A stretch of DNA of 64,000 bases from the NCBI GenBank assembly GCA_003554945.1, contig PWHN01000057.1, positions 380 to 64,379 of the forward strand, in the 5' to 3' direction. Position numbers and translations under genes: made by a program. Below are positions 28,591 to 36,095 of this stretch, piece after piece. The notes under the pieces are model-generated. The model made no database searches, was not told where the DNA came from, and was given only the letters and a program-made list of their open reading frames with translations. Origin of the DNA: a bacterium (GTDB lineage Bacteria > T1Sed10-126). Position 1 is the first letter of the stretch, and each line of letters begins with the position of its first letter.

Positions 28591-28764
28591 ATGAAGCCAA
28601 TTGACTCGCTTTTTAACGAAGAAGTTAAAGTGATTAACCTGGGGATTCCCGCTTTTCGCGACGACCTTGACGAGCAGGGCGTGGAAGTGGTTCACGTCGA
28701 CTGGAGTCCTCCGGCCGGCGGCAACAAAAAAATGCAGTCACTGCTCAACCAGCTCAAGGGGTGA
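28591..28764 (+). CDS. Small hypothetical protein of 57 aa (MKPIDSLFNEEVKVINLGIPAFRDDLDEQGVEVVHVDWSPPAGGNKKMQSLLNQLKG), located between fdrA and the DUF1116 gene
   Basis: An SD-like AGGGTGA lies 7 nt upstream of the ATG. There is no recognisable family. The longer track ORF 28522..28764 begins with a hydrophobic stretch that is unlikely to be real. Confidence 0.35.
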   Translation: MKPIDSLFNEEVKVINLGIPAFRDDLDEQGVEVVHVDWSPPAGGNKKMQSLLNQLKG

Positions 28765-28804
28765 CTATTAAAAATCATTTGAGCTTATTAGGATTATCTC
28801 AAAA

Positions 28805-29060
28805 TTTTTCCTCGTCATTCCCGCGGAAGCGGGAATCAAGTTGAAGTTCAGTAACCGGTAATCGGTAGTCGGTGATCGGTAACTTCGGTAGTTCAACATC
28901 AAAGTCACTGGATTACCCGGTCGAGCCTTGGGGCGTTATTCGTTCCGGGCAATGACGTTCGGTAATGCTGAATTACGGGTCGGACCCCACAATGATGAGC
29001 GTAAGGTCTTGACTGTCATTCCCGCGGAAGCGGGAATCCAGCGACGTTGAACTTATGATG
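28805..29060. repeat. Copy B of the modular repeat family, in the same orientation as copy A. It holds ATTCCCGCGGAAGCGGGAAT hairpins at 28817..28836 and 29017..29036, a TCGGTAA heptamer array, and TCAAAGTCACTGG and TTATTCGTTCCGGGCAATGAC modules.
   Basis: Read directly. The module order is shuffled relative to copy A. Confidence 0.8.
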
Positions 29061-29119
29061 GTTAAGAAGCATCCGCTTTTGATATTATGATGTTAACCCG
29101 CAACACACAACACGATGTT

Positions 29120-29306
29120 ACTTTCACACTTTTTCACTTTTTAACTTTTTAACTTTGCAACTTTATAACTTTCACACTTTTAAACTTTGTAACTTTCACA
29201 CTTTTAAACTTTGTAACTTTCACACTTTTAAACTTTGTAACTTTCACACTTTTAAACTTTGTAACTTTCACACTTTTTAACTTTCACACTTTTTAACTTT
29301 CACACT
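29120..29306 (+). promoter_or_regulatory. Tandem array of about 23 octamers (A/C)ACTTTNN. It includes four perfect copies of the 24-mer CTTTCACACTTTTAAACTTTGTAA and ends in CTTTCACACTCTAAGGAGG (the SD), 9 nt before the DUF1116 ATG. It is extremely G-poor.
   Basis: Direct reading shows ACTTT recurring with strict 8-bp period over about 187 bp. A second shorter array of the same unit precedes the next gene. Confidence 0.8.
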
Positions 29307-29322
29307 CTAAGGAGGAAATAAA

Positions 29323-30570
29323 ATGAACGTTGACATAGAAAAAGCTAATCAGAAGGTAATCGATAAAATCCAGGCTGGTAATCCGGTACTTAAAGGTATT
29401 GGAACGGTTGGTGAAAATGTCCCGGAAGTTCACAAAAAAATGATACTTCACGCCGGCCCGCCAGTGGAATGGGAAGACATGAGTGGCCCCACCAGGGGAG
29501 CTGTAATTGGCGGTTTAATCTACGAGGGGCTTGCCAAAGACGAGGACGAGGCGCGGGCGCTCGCCGCATCCGGTGAAATAGAGTTTGACCCCTGGCACGA
29601 ACATAGTGGTGTTGGGCCGATGGCCGGCGTCGCCACTGTCAGCATGCCGGTCTGGATTGTGGAAAATACGACTGAAGGCGGGCAAGCCTACTGCACATTC
29701 AACGAAGGGCTTGGCAAGGTCTTACGTTACGGTGCCTACGCGCCTGATGTGATTGACCATCTTAAGTGGATGGAAAATGAGCTGGCTCCAGTTTTAACTG
29801 AAACGCTGGCCCAGCTTGATAATGAAATAAACCTGAAGAGTATTATCGCTGAAGCTCTTGAGATGGGAGATGAGGTTCACAACCGCAACCGGGCGGCCAC
29901 TTCACTCTTCTACCGCCGCATCACTCCGGCTCTTTTGGAAACCGATTTCAACGTTGATAAAAAGAAAAAGGTCCTGGAATTTATTGACTCTAACGATCAT
30001 TTCTTTTTAAATCTCAGCATGCCGGCGGCCAAATCAATGATCCAGGTCGCCGAGGGAATTGAAGGCTCCTCTATCCTGACAGTTTTAGCACGAAACGGTA
30101 CTGAAACGGGAATAAAAATAGCCGGACTGGGTGACCAGTGGTTCACCGCCAAAGCGCCGGTTCCCGAGGGCCTGCTCTTCTCCGGTTACGATAAAGACGA
30201 CGCCTGTGCCGATATTGGCGACAGCACGATCACTGAAACTGTCGGTCTTGGTGCCTTTTCCATGGCTGCCTCACCGGCAATTGTTAAATTTGTCGGCGGC
30301 AGCGTCGAGGACGCTTTCAACTTCACCCGTAAAATGTATGAAATCTGTGAAGACGAGTCCGAAAACTTCAAGGTGGCCACGCTGGACTTTCGCGGCGCAC
30401 CGACCGGAGTCAACTTGCTAAAAGTCTGTGAGCTTGATATCACGCCCCAGATTAATACCGGTATAGCCCACAAGGAGCCGGGCATAGGACAAATTGGGGC
30501 CGGACTTGTTCAGGCACCAATGAAGTGTTTCGAACAGGCGCTGGAGGCGTTCGCCGCCAAATACGCATAA
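29323..30570 (+). CDS. DUF1116 family protein (YlbE-like), reported as the AllG subunit of oxamate carbamoyltransferase
   Basis: The protein is 415 aa. The conserved N-terminal block ILHAGPPVEWEDMSGPTRGAVIGGLIYEGLAKDEDEA and the block NEGLGKVLRYGAY are typical of YlbE/DUF1116. The gene context with fdrA supports it. Confidence 0.65.
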   Translation: MNVDIEKANQKVIDKIQAGNPVLKGIGTVGENVPEVHKKMILHAGPPVEWEDMSGPTRGAVIGGLIYEGLAKDEDEARALAASGEIEFDPWHEHSGVGPMAGVATVSMPVWIVENTTEGGQAYCTFNEGLGKVLRYGAYAPDVIDHLKWMENELAPVLTETLAQLDNEINLKSIIAEALEMGDEVHNRNRAATSLFYRRITPALLETDFNVDKKKKVLEFIDSNDHFFLNLSMPAAKSMIQVAEGIEGSSILTVLARNGTETGIKIAGLGDQWFTAKAPVPEGLLFSGYDKDDACADIGDSTITETVGLGAFSMAASPAIVKFVGGSVEDAFNFTRKMYEICEDESENFKVATLDFRGAPTGVNLLKVCELDITPQINTGIAHKEPGIGQIGAGLVQAPMKCFEQALEAFAAKYA

Positions 30571-30574
30571 CTAA

Positions 30575-30633
30575 AACTTTCACACTTTGTAACTTTCAAA
30601 CTTTCACACTTTGTAACTTTCAAACTTTCACAC
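30575..30633 (+). promoter_or_regulatory. Second tandem array of about 7.5 octamers (AACTTTCA / CACTTTGT / AACTTTCA ...). It ends in CTTTCACACTCTAAGGAGG, 8 nt before the cyclase ATG.
   Basis: Direct reading. The terminal 19 nt are identical to the end of the first array. Confidence 0.8.
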
Positions 30634-30650
30634 TCTAAGGAGGAGTCACA

Positions 30651-31430
30651 ATGGTAAAACTTTATGATTTAACACAAGATCTGAGCATTCACACCCCCCC
30701 CTGGCCCAGTTACATGCCCCTGCAACTGCAGTATTTTAAACGTATTTCAGGTGCCCACATGGGACAGGGAGCCAACGGTCAGATCGTCAAGACGAGTATG
30801 CACGTCGGCACACACATAGACGGCGAGAAACACTTTGACGCCAAGGGACGGACGATAGGCGAAGTCCCGCTTGAGGAATTTTGCGGGGAGGGAGTAGTCG
30901 TTGACATCTCTGATGATGTTGAAGATTTTTCTCTTTACTCACCCGAGATGCTGGAATCAAAGGCCGACATTCGTGAAGGAGACATTCTAATAATTAACAC
31001 CGGCTACCACAGATACGCCTGGGACCAGCCCGAGAGCGACGAGCTGCGCTACATGGTCAAACACCCGGGCCCAAACCCTGACTTTCACAAGTGGGCCCTG
31101 GAGATGGATTTCAAGTGGATTGGCGTCGACTGCGGTAGTGCCGACCATCCGATGAACACTATCCTTCGTGACTGGCACCCCGGTCTGTTCGAAAAAGCCG
31201 AGGCAAAACTTAAAGAAGACTACGGCAAGAGCTGGGACGAGATGTTCCCCTACGAGGAATACTACCAGGTCATGCACCTTGATCTATTTCCAGAGGGCCT
31301 GATCCACGCCGAAAACCTCGGCGGCGAAATTAACGAGCTCAACAACCAGCGCTCCTGGATTGGGCTTTTCCCCTGGAAAGGTATCGAAATGGAGTCCTCA
31401 ATCTGCCGCATTGCTGCTTTTGAGTTTTAA
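30651..31430 (+). CDS. Cyclase-family metal-dependent hydrolase (kynurenine formamidase / isatin hydrolase family)
   Basis: The signature motif HxGTHxDxxxH appears as MHVGTHIDGEKHF. The protein is 259 aa. The SD is AAGGAGG. Confidence 0.75.
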   Translation: MVKLYDLTQDLSIHTPPWPSYMPLQLQYFKRISGAHMGQGANGQIVKTSMHVGTHIDGEKHFDAKGRTIGEVPLEEFCGEGVVVDISDDVEDFSLYSPEMLESKADIREGDILIINTGYHRYAWDQPESDELRYMVKHPGPNPDFHKWALEMDFKWIGVDCGSADHPMNTILRDWHPGLFEKAEAKLKEDYGKSWDEMFPYEEYYQVMHLDLFPEGLIHAENLGGEINELNNQRSWIGLFPWKGIEMESSICRIAAFEF

Positions 31431-31550
31431 ATCCTCGTTGGCTCCTTAATAACTACTCATCTATCCCCTCTCCCCTGGAGGGAGAGGGTCAGAGCCTGCC
31501 CCGGACTTGATCCGGGGGGAAAAAAAGGTGAGTAGTTACGATATATTTTA

Positions 31551-31593
31551 CAGCGGCGTGGGCAATTAAGCACCCACGCCGCTGCCTTTATTT
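31551..31593 (+). terminator. Intrinsic terminator after the cyclase gene. The 12-bp stem is CAGCGGCGTGGG..CCCACGCCGCTG and it is followed by CCTTTATTT.
   Basis: A perfect GC-rich inverted repeat with a T-rich tail, read directly. It is preceded at 31455..31530 by CCCTCTCCCCTGGAGGGAGAGGG-type hairpin repeats. Confidence 0.7.
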
Positions 31594-31900
31594 AAAATCG
31601 GGTAATTTCTTCAGCACTTCCTTTTCAATCGGTTACTTTTTTCCCGATTTATCTTAGCTTTTCCAGGATTCATTACCAACCATTTCTATTTGTGAAATAA
31701 TCCCGCCAGAAAATTTCCTCCTCTGAATACCTGCCACAATAAAATAACCCCTACAACAAGAGATTTTTTGGCATGGGTTTCCTGACAATATCATCCTCAT
31801 ATCAAAGAATGATTAATTTTTAGACGCAATTTGGAAATTGGTATGGTAATTGCTTTTTAAAATAACTGAGTGCAATAATAAGTTTAAAGGAGGGTTAAAG

Positions 31901-32089
31901 ATGGTTACAAAAACAAAAGGCGTGCAAAAACGTATTCGTGAGTTAGCGCCGGGGATGGAGTTGGCCAAAGCTGCTCACAGCCGCAGTGGCTCACGTCTGT
32001 TTGACGAAGGAGTAACCTTGTCGGGAGCAGACATCGACAAGCTCAAAAACTGGAACGTGCGCAGTGTCTACGTAGTCCCGGAAACCTAA
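31901..32089 (+). CDS. Small hypothetical protein of 63 aa (MVTKTKGVQKRIRELAPGMELAKAAHSRSGSRLFDEGVTLSGADIDKLKNWNVRSVYVVPET). It converges on the malic enzyme gene and overlaps its stop.
   Basis: A strong SD AAGGAGGG lies 7 nt upstream of the ATG at 31901. There is no family assignment. The track's longer version starts at 31850. Confidence 0.4.
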   Translation: MVTKTKGVQKRIRELAPGMELAKAAHSRSGSRLFDEGVTLSGADIDKLKNWNVRSVYVVPET

Positions 32090-33399
32090 GGTTCAGGCAC
32101 TGGCTCAAGCTCAACAAGACTTTCAGCGCTGGAGCGAAGCTCCGCGGCTGAAAGTTGTAGCGAAGCCACCCCTTCCTCCATTGCCTTCTCCCCAACAGCA
32201 ACGGCAGCATTGACAAAAGATTCTTTATCCTCCATTGTGGGAACAATATAATCCTCCCGCAGTCCCTTTTCTTCCGCTGTTTTAGCAATTGCCTCGGCTG
32301 CTGCTATTGCCATACCGTCGGTTACCGTCCGAGCGCGTACATCGAGTGCCCCCCGAAATATAGCCGGAAAACCAAGAGAATTATTAATCTGGTTTGGGAA
32401 ATCTGAACGTCCCGTGCCGACAACTTTAGCCCCCGCCTCTTTTGCCTCCCAGGGCCATATTTCCGGCAACGGATTTGCAACCGCGAAGACAACCGGGTTT
32501 TCATTCATCTTGGCAATCCACTCTTTTTTAACCGTTCCTGGACGCGGACAGGAGGCAGCCACCATAACATCAGTGCCTCTGATTGCTTCGCCGCTATCCC
32601 CTCGACGGTCCTCCGCATTTGATTTTTCTACCAGCTCCCATTTATAGGGGTTTTCCTGGCGCATTTGCTCGGCATCGTCGCGATCTTTGTATAAAATACC
32701 GCGGCTGTCGGCAACATAAAAGTTACCGGGGTCAGCTCCGGCAGTTTCAAGAATTCTACACAATGCAATGTTGGCGGCACCGGCTCCAATAATACTAAAT
32801 TTGGCCTCAGAGATTTTTTTGCCAACCAGTTTCAGAGCATTTATAATACCTGCCAGCTCAACGGCAGCCGTCCCCTGCTGATCATCGTGCCAGACCGGCA
32901 CGTCAAGTTCCTCGCGCAACCGGTCGAGGATATAAAAACACTTGGGAGTTTCTATATCTTCAAGATTTATCCCACCAAAAGCAGGCACTATTCTTTTCAC
33001 GGTCTCAACAAATTTGTCAGCATCTTTTACCGCCAGCGGTAGCGGAAAAGCGCTAACTCCACCAAGATATTTAAATAACATTGCTTTACCTTCCATAACC
33101 GGCAAACTTGCCTCAGGGCCAATGTCTCCCAGTCCAAGTACCCGGCTACCGTCGGTAACCACGGCAACATTGTTCCACTTGTTTGTATAGTCGTAAACCA
33201 GTTCGGGCGTCTCAGCGATCTCCTCACAGGGAGCCGCAACTCCAGGCGTATACCAGATCCCAAAATCATCCATGCTCCTGACCGGAACCTGGACCTGTCC
33301 GCCATATTTACCCCGGTATTTACGGTGCATCCCCGGCGCTTTCTGCCTTGGTTCTTCAGCTTTTCGTAAAAATTTTTCCTTTTCACTTTCGTCCGGCAT
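32086..33399 (-). CDS. maeA: NAD(P)-dependent malic enzyme (short form)
   Basis: The malic enzyme N-terminal and NAD-binding domains are present (YTPGVA, FNDDQQGTAAV, GAGAAN). The protein is 437 aa. Confidence 0.85.
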   Translation of the reverse strand: MPDESEKEKFLRKAEEPRQKAPGMHRKYRGKYGGQVQVPVRSMDDFGIWYTPGVAAPCEEIAETPELVYDYTNKWNNVAVVTDGSRVLGLGDIGPEASLPVMEGKAMLFKYLGGVSAFPLPLAVKDADKFVETVKRIVPAFGGINLEDIETPKCFYILDRLREELDVPVWHDDQQGTAAVELAGIINALKLVGKKISEAKFSIIGAGAANIALCRILETAGADPGNFYVADSRGILYKDRDDAEQMRQENPYKWELVEKSNAEDRRGDSGEAIRGTDVMVAASCPRPGTVKKEWIAKMNENPVVFAVANPLPEIWPWEAKEAGAKVVGTGRSDFPNQINNSLGFPAIFRGALDVRARTVTDGMAIAAAEAIAKTAEEKGLREDYIVPTMEDKESFVNAAVAVGEKAMEEGVASLQLSAAELRSSAESLVELEPVPEP

Positions 33400-33469
33400 C
33401 TCTAATACCTCCGCTATTTATATTCTTGCTGCTTATTTACATTTCTAACTTTTTTTACAGAACCAACCG

Positions 33470-33710
33470 ATTCCCGTCATTGAGAGAACGACTAACGTCC
33501 CAAAACTTGACCCGCAAGACATTTTTACCCCCCCTTTGTCTTTCCCCTCTTCAAGGGTGGAAAGGAAAGGGGGGATGGTCTTGAACTAAAGATTGTCATT
33601 GCGGGCTCCAACCCGCAATCCATTTTTACGGGTTTGAATGATAAACACGTCAACTTCAAGATGGATCCCGGCTCGCGCTCCCTTCGGTCGCTTGGCCGGA
33701 ATGACGGAGT
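33470..33710. repeat. Copy C of the modular repeat family, in inverted orientation relative to A/B. It holds an H3 module CCCCCCTTTGTCTTTCCCC..GGGGGG, the H2 hairpin ATTGCGGGCTCCAACCCGCAAT, and the reverse complement of the dRS3-like hairpin (GGATCCCGGCTCGCGCTCCCTTCGGTCGCTTGGCCGGAATGAC).
   Basis: Read directly. It lies between the 3' end of the fumarase beta gene and the malic enzyme promoter region. Confidence 0.75.
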
Positions 33711-34240
33711 TAGGTTTTGTGTTTTGCATCAATCGTTACAATTAATGGTCCAAACTTGTTCATTTCAAAAACCCAGACCGCTTCTGCCATCCCCAACTCC
33801 TCTAACCAGTAGACATCTGTAACACGCTCTATTGCCTCCGCGGCTGCAACAGCCGCTCCGCCGGGAAATTGTGCATATATGCATCCGCATCTTTTCATGG
33901 CCTCGGCCGTCCCCTGCCCCATACCTCCCTTGCCAATTAATACTCGTGGCGTGTATCGATTTATAAAATCAGGCGCGAAAGGCTCCATCCGCATACTGGT
34001 CGTCGGCCCGGCGGCCAGAACTTTCCACTCGCCGGCACTGCCGGCAATAAGTGGACCGCAGTGAAAAATTGCACCGCCAACTATTCTTTGTTTCAACTCG
34101 GCAGGGACTTCCGCTTCTGCATTCAATATATTATTATGGGCAGCATCACGAGCCGTAACTACGGTACCGGTCAAATATATCTCATTTCCGACTTTTAGCT
34201 TACGAACCTCCTCTTCCGTCATCGGCAGTTCAAATTCCAT
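33710..34240 (-). CDS. fumB: Class I fumarate hydratase / L(+)-tartrate dehydratase beta subunit
   Basis: The protein is a C-terminal-domain homolog of Fe-S hydro-lyase, 176 aa, and translationally coupled to the alpha subunit. Confidence 0.8.
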   Translation of the reverse strand: MEFELPMTEEEVRKLKVGNEIYLTGTVVTARDAAHNNILNAEAEVPAELKQRIVGGAIFHCGPLIAGSAGEWKVLAAGPTTSMRMEPFAPDFINRYTPRVLIGKGGMGQGTAEAMKRCGCIYAQFPGGAAVAAAEAIERVTDVYWLEELGMAEAVWVFEMNKFGPLIVTIDAKHKT

Positions 34241-35121
34241 TAGAGCCGCACCAGCCTCCAGGAGCCTTTTGGATCAAACTCAATCACAGAGTATCTATGG
34301 GCCCAGCACTGTATAACGATACCGACGGGAAATGAAGCCGGATGGCGGGCGGACAGATTTAGATGCACCGCCAGCGCGGTCGGCTCACCGCCCAGTCCCA
34401 TCGGCCCGGCTCCCCGGGCATTAATTGCCTCCAGTATCTCTGCTTCTATCTCCGCCGCTTCAGGATCCGGATTTGGCTCGCCGATTGGCCTGAACAGACT
34501 TTTTTTAGCCTGTTTCAATGCAGAATCAGCGCTCCCGCCAACAGCAACGCCAACCAGCACCGGTGGACAGGGCTGGCCGCCGGCGGCCACTACATGCTCT
34601 ACGACGACATCTTTAACAACATTCAGACCGGTAGACGGGGCAAGCATTTTCAAAGCACAGTGATTTTCCGCACCTCCACCTTTGGGAAATATATAAATTT
34701 TACAGCTATCCCCGGCCTCAAGCTCCCAATCAACCAGAGGCATCTGCGGACCGCTGTTGTCCCCGTAGTTCTTCCCATTCAGTGGGTTAACCGTGTTTGG
34801 TCGCAGAGGGACTGCACGAGTGGCCGTTGCTACTGCCTCTTTTATCGCTGGATATATCTCTTCCTGAGCGGGGAAATCATGTCCTGCTTCAACAAAAAAT
34901 GCCAGCAGACCGGTATCCTGACAGAGCGGCAGCTGTTTCTCTTCTGCCAGTTCTATATTCTTTAAAATTGTCTGCAATTGAGTTAAAGCCGCGCCCGTGG
35001 CTGTTTTGGCCGCTTCTCGCAGACGCTCAGTAACAGCAGGTGGCAGGGTGGTTACGGCAGACTTTATCCCCGCTACCAGTCCCGCTTCCATCTCTTCGCG
35101 TATCACAGAAGAATTATTCAC
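34240..35121 (-). CDS. fumA: Class I fumarate hydratase / tartrate dehydratase alpha subunit
   Basis: The protein is 293 aa with the Fe-S hydro-lyase N-terminal domain. Cysteines of the cluster ligand set are present. Confidence 0.8.
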   Translation of the reverse strand: MNNSSVIREEMEAGLVAGIKSAVTTLPPAVTERLREAAKTATGAALTQLQTILKNIELAEEKQLPLCQDTGLLAFFVEAGHDFPAQEEIYPAIKEAVATATRAVPLRPNTVNPLNGKNYGDNSGPQMPLVDWELEAGDSCKIYIFPKGGGAENHCALKMLAPSTGLNVVKDVVVEHVVAAGGQPCPPVLVGVAVGGSADSALKQAKKSLFRPIGEPNPDPEAAEIEAEILEAINARGAGPMGLGGEPTALAVHLNLSARHPASFPVGIVIQCWAHRYSVIEFDPKGSWRLVRL

Positions 35122-36086
35122 CCGGCACCGTTCAACCAGTGGCTAAAGTCACGATCCAGCAGATTGCTCAGCCGCTCAACTTCTGGTTTAGTCTGCTCAT
35201 TCAACTTTTGCCGCAGCTCACGAGAAAGTGGCGGCCGGGAAAATGTCTCTACCACTGCCGGTTCAATACTGCGCCACGCCTCCATGCAGGTGCGAACCGG
35301 CACAAGATCACGAATATTTTGTTTGGTATCACCGGAAAGCTTCTGAATTAACTCCTGCACAAACTTGCTCTTAAAACGGCCGTTGGAATTATATTTCTTA
35401 AAATTAACTCTGTCCGCAAAGTCAAGTTCAAGAAAATTCAGGATCCGACAGTAAACTTCCTCCACATCCTGCTTCATCTCGTCAAGCGTTACTACCAGCA
35501 CGTTCTCACGTCCAAATTCTCTAAAATAACGCTGTATCTGATCTGTGTAACGATAAACTTGAGTATATAAAAGACCGTCAGGAAAATAAGCAGCCTCAGG
35601 GACATGACGTCCTTCTTGCCGTTCAGGGACAAGCTCAAGAGCCCGCTCAAAATCTTTCTCTGTTTCATTTCCAAGAAAAAGATACTGACTGTGCAGCGAA
35701 TACATGGCCTCTGGTATACTACGAAGCATTATTATAATTTTAGCGTCGGGAGAAAAAGACTTTATCTCCCGGGCCGCCACTCGTGAGTAGAGATACCAGG
35801 TAGAAGCTTCACCAACACGCTTGTAATCTGATGAGCCTTCAAAGAAGGAGAGATACTCCATTAAATCACGGGTACGTAACTTGTGGTTGGTTAAATCCTT
35901 ACAAAAATGCAGGGGCTCCTTGGGGATTGACATGAAGATATCCGGGTGCTGTTTTAAATAAAAATACATTGATGTGGTGCCACATTTTGGAGCGCCGACA
36001 ATAAAAAAATTCGGCCGTTTTACCCCCTTTTCTTTTTGCAACGACACCAAATTAGTGACTCGCCCTGTCACCGGCATAAATATCAA
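35118..36086 (-). CDS. Sulfotransferase-family protein
   Basis: The 5'-PSB motif is GAPKCGTTS and a 3'-PB-like motif is RSIPEAMYS. The protein is 322 aa. Confidence 0.65.
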   Translation of the reverse strand: MIFMPVTGRVTNLVSLQKEKGVKRPNFFIVGAPKCGTTSMYFYLKQHPDIFMSIPKEPLHFCKDLTNHKLRTRDLMEYLSFFEGSSDYKRVGEASTWYLYSRVAAREIKSFSPDAKIIIMLRSIPEAMYSLHSQYLFLGNETEKDFERALELVPERQEGRHVPEAAYFPDGLLYTQVYRYTDQIQRYFREFGRENVLVVTLDEMKQDVEEVYCRILNFLELDFADRVNFKKYNSNGRFKSKFVQELIQKLSGDTKQNIRDLVPVRTCMEAWRSIEPAVVETFSRPPLSRELRQKLNEQTKPEVERLSNLLDRDFSHWLNGAG

Positions 36087-36095
36087 CTCGCTCCG

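Noticed and set aside
24640-29060. Integron attC sites, because several hairpins are followed by GTTRRRY-like motifs (GTTGAGC, GTTGAAT).
   Set aside because: The hairpins are short (8-bp stems with 6-8-nt loops), not the 57-141-bp bulged imperfect palindromes with R''/L''-L'/R' organisation. The neighbouring genes are not organised as promoterless cassettes. It remains a low-probability possibility, to be checked with the attC covariance model.
29120-29306. Possible CRISPR array, suggested by the regular short direct repeats.
   Set aside because: The units are 8 bp (or 24 bp) and directly abutting, with no intervening unique spacers, whereas CRISPR repeats are 23-50 bp separated by similar-length spacers. 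There are no cas genes nearby. The array runs straight into a ribosome-binding site.
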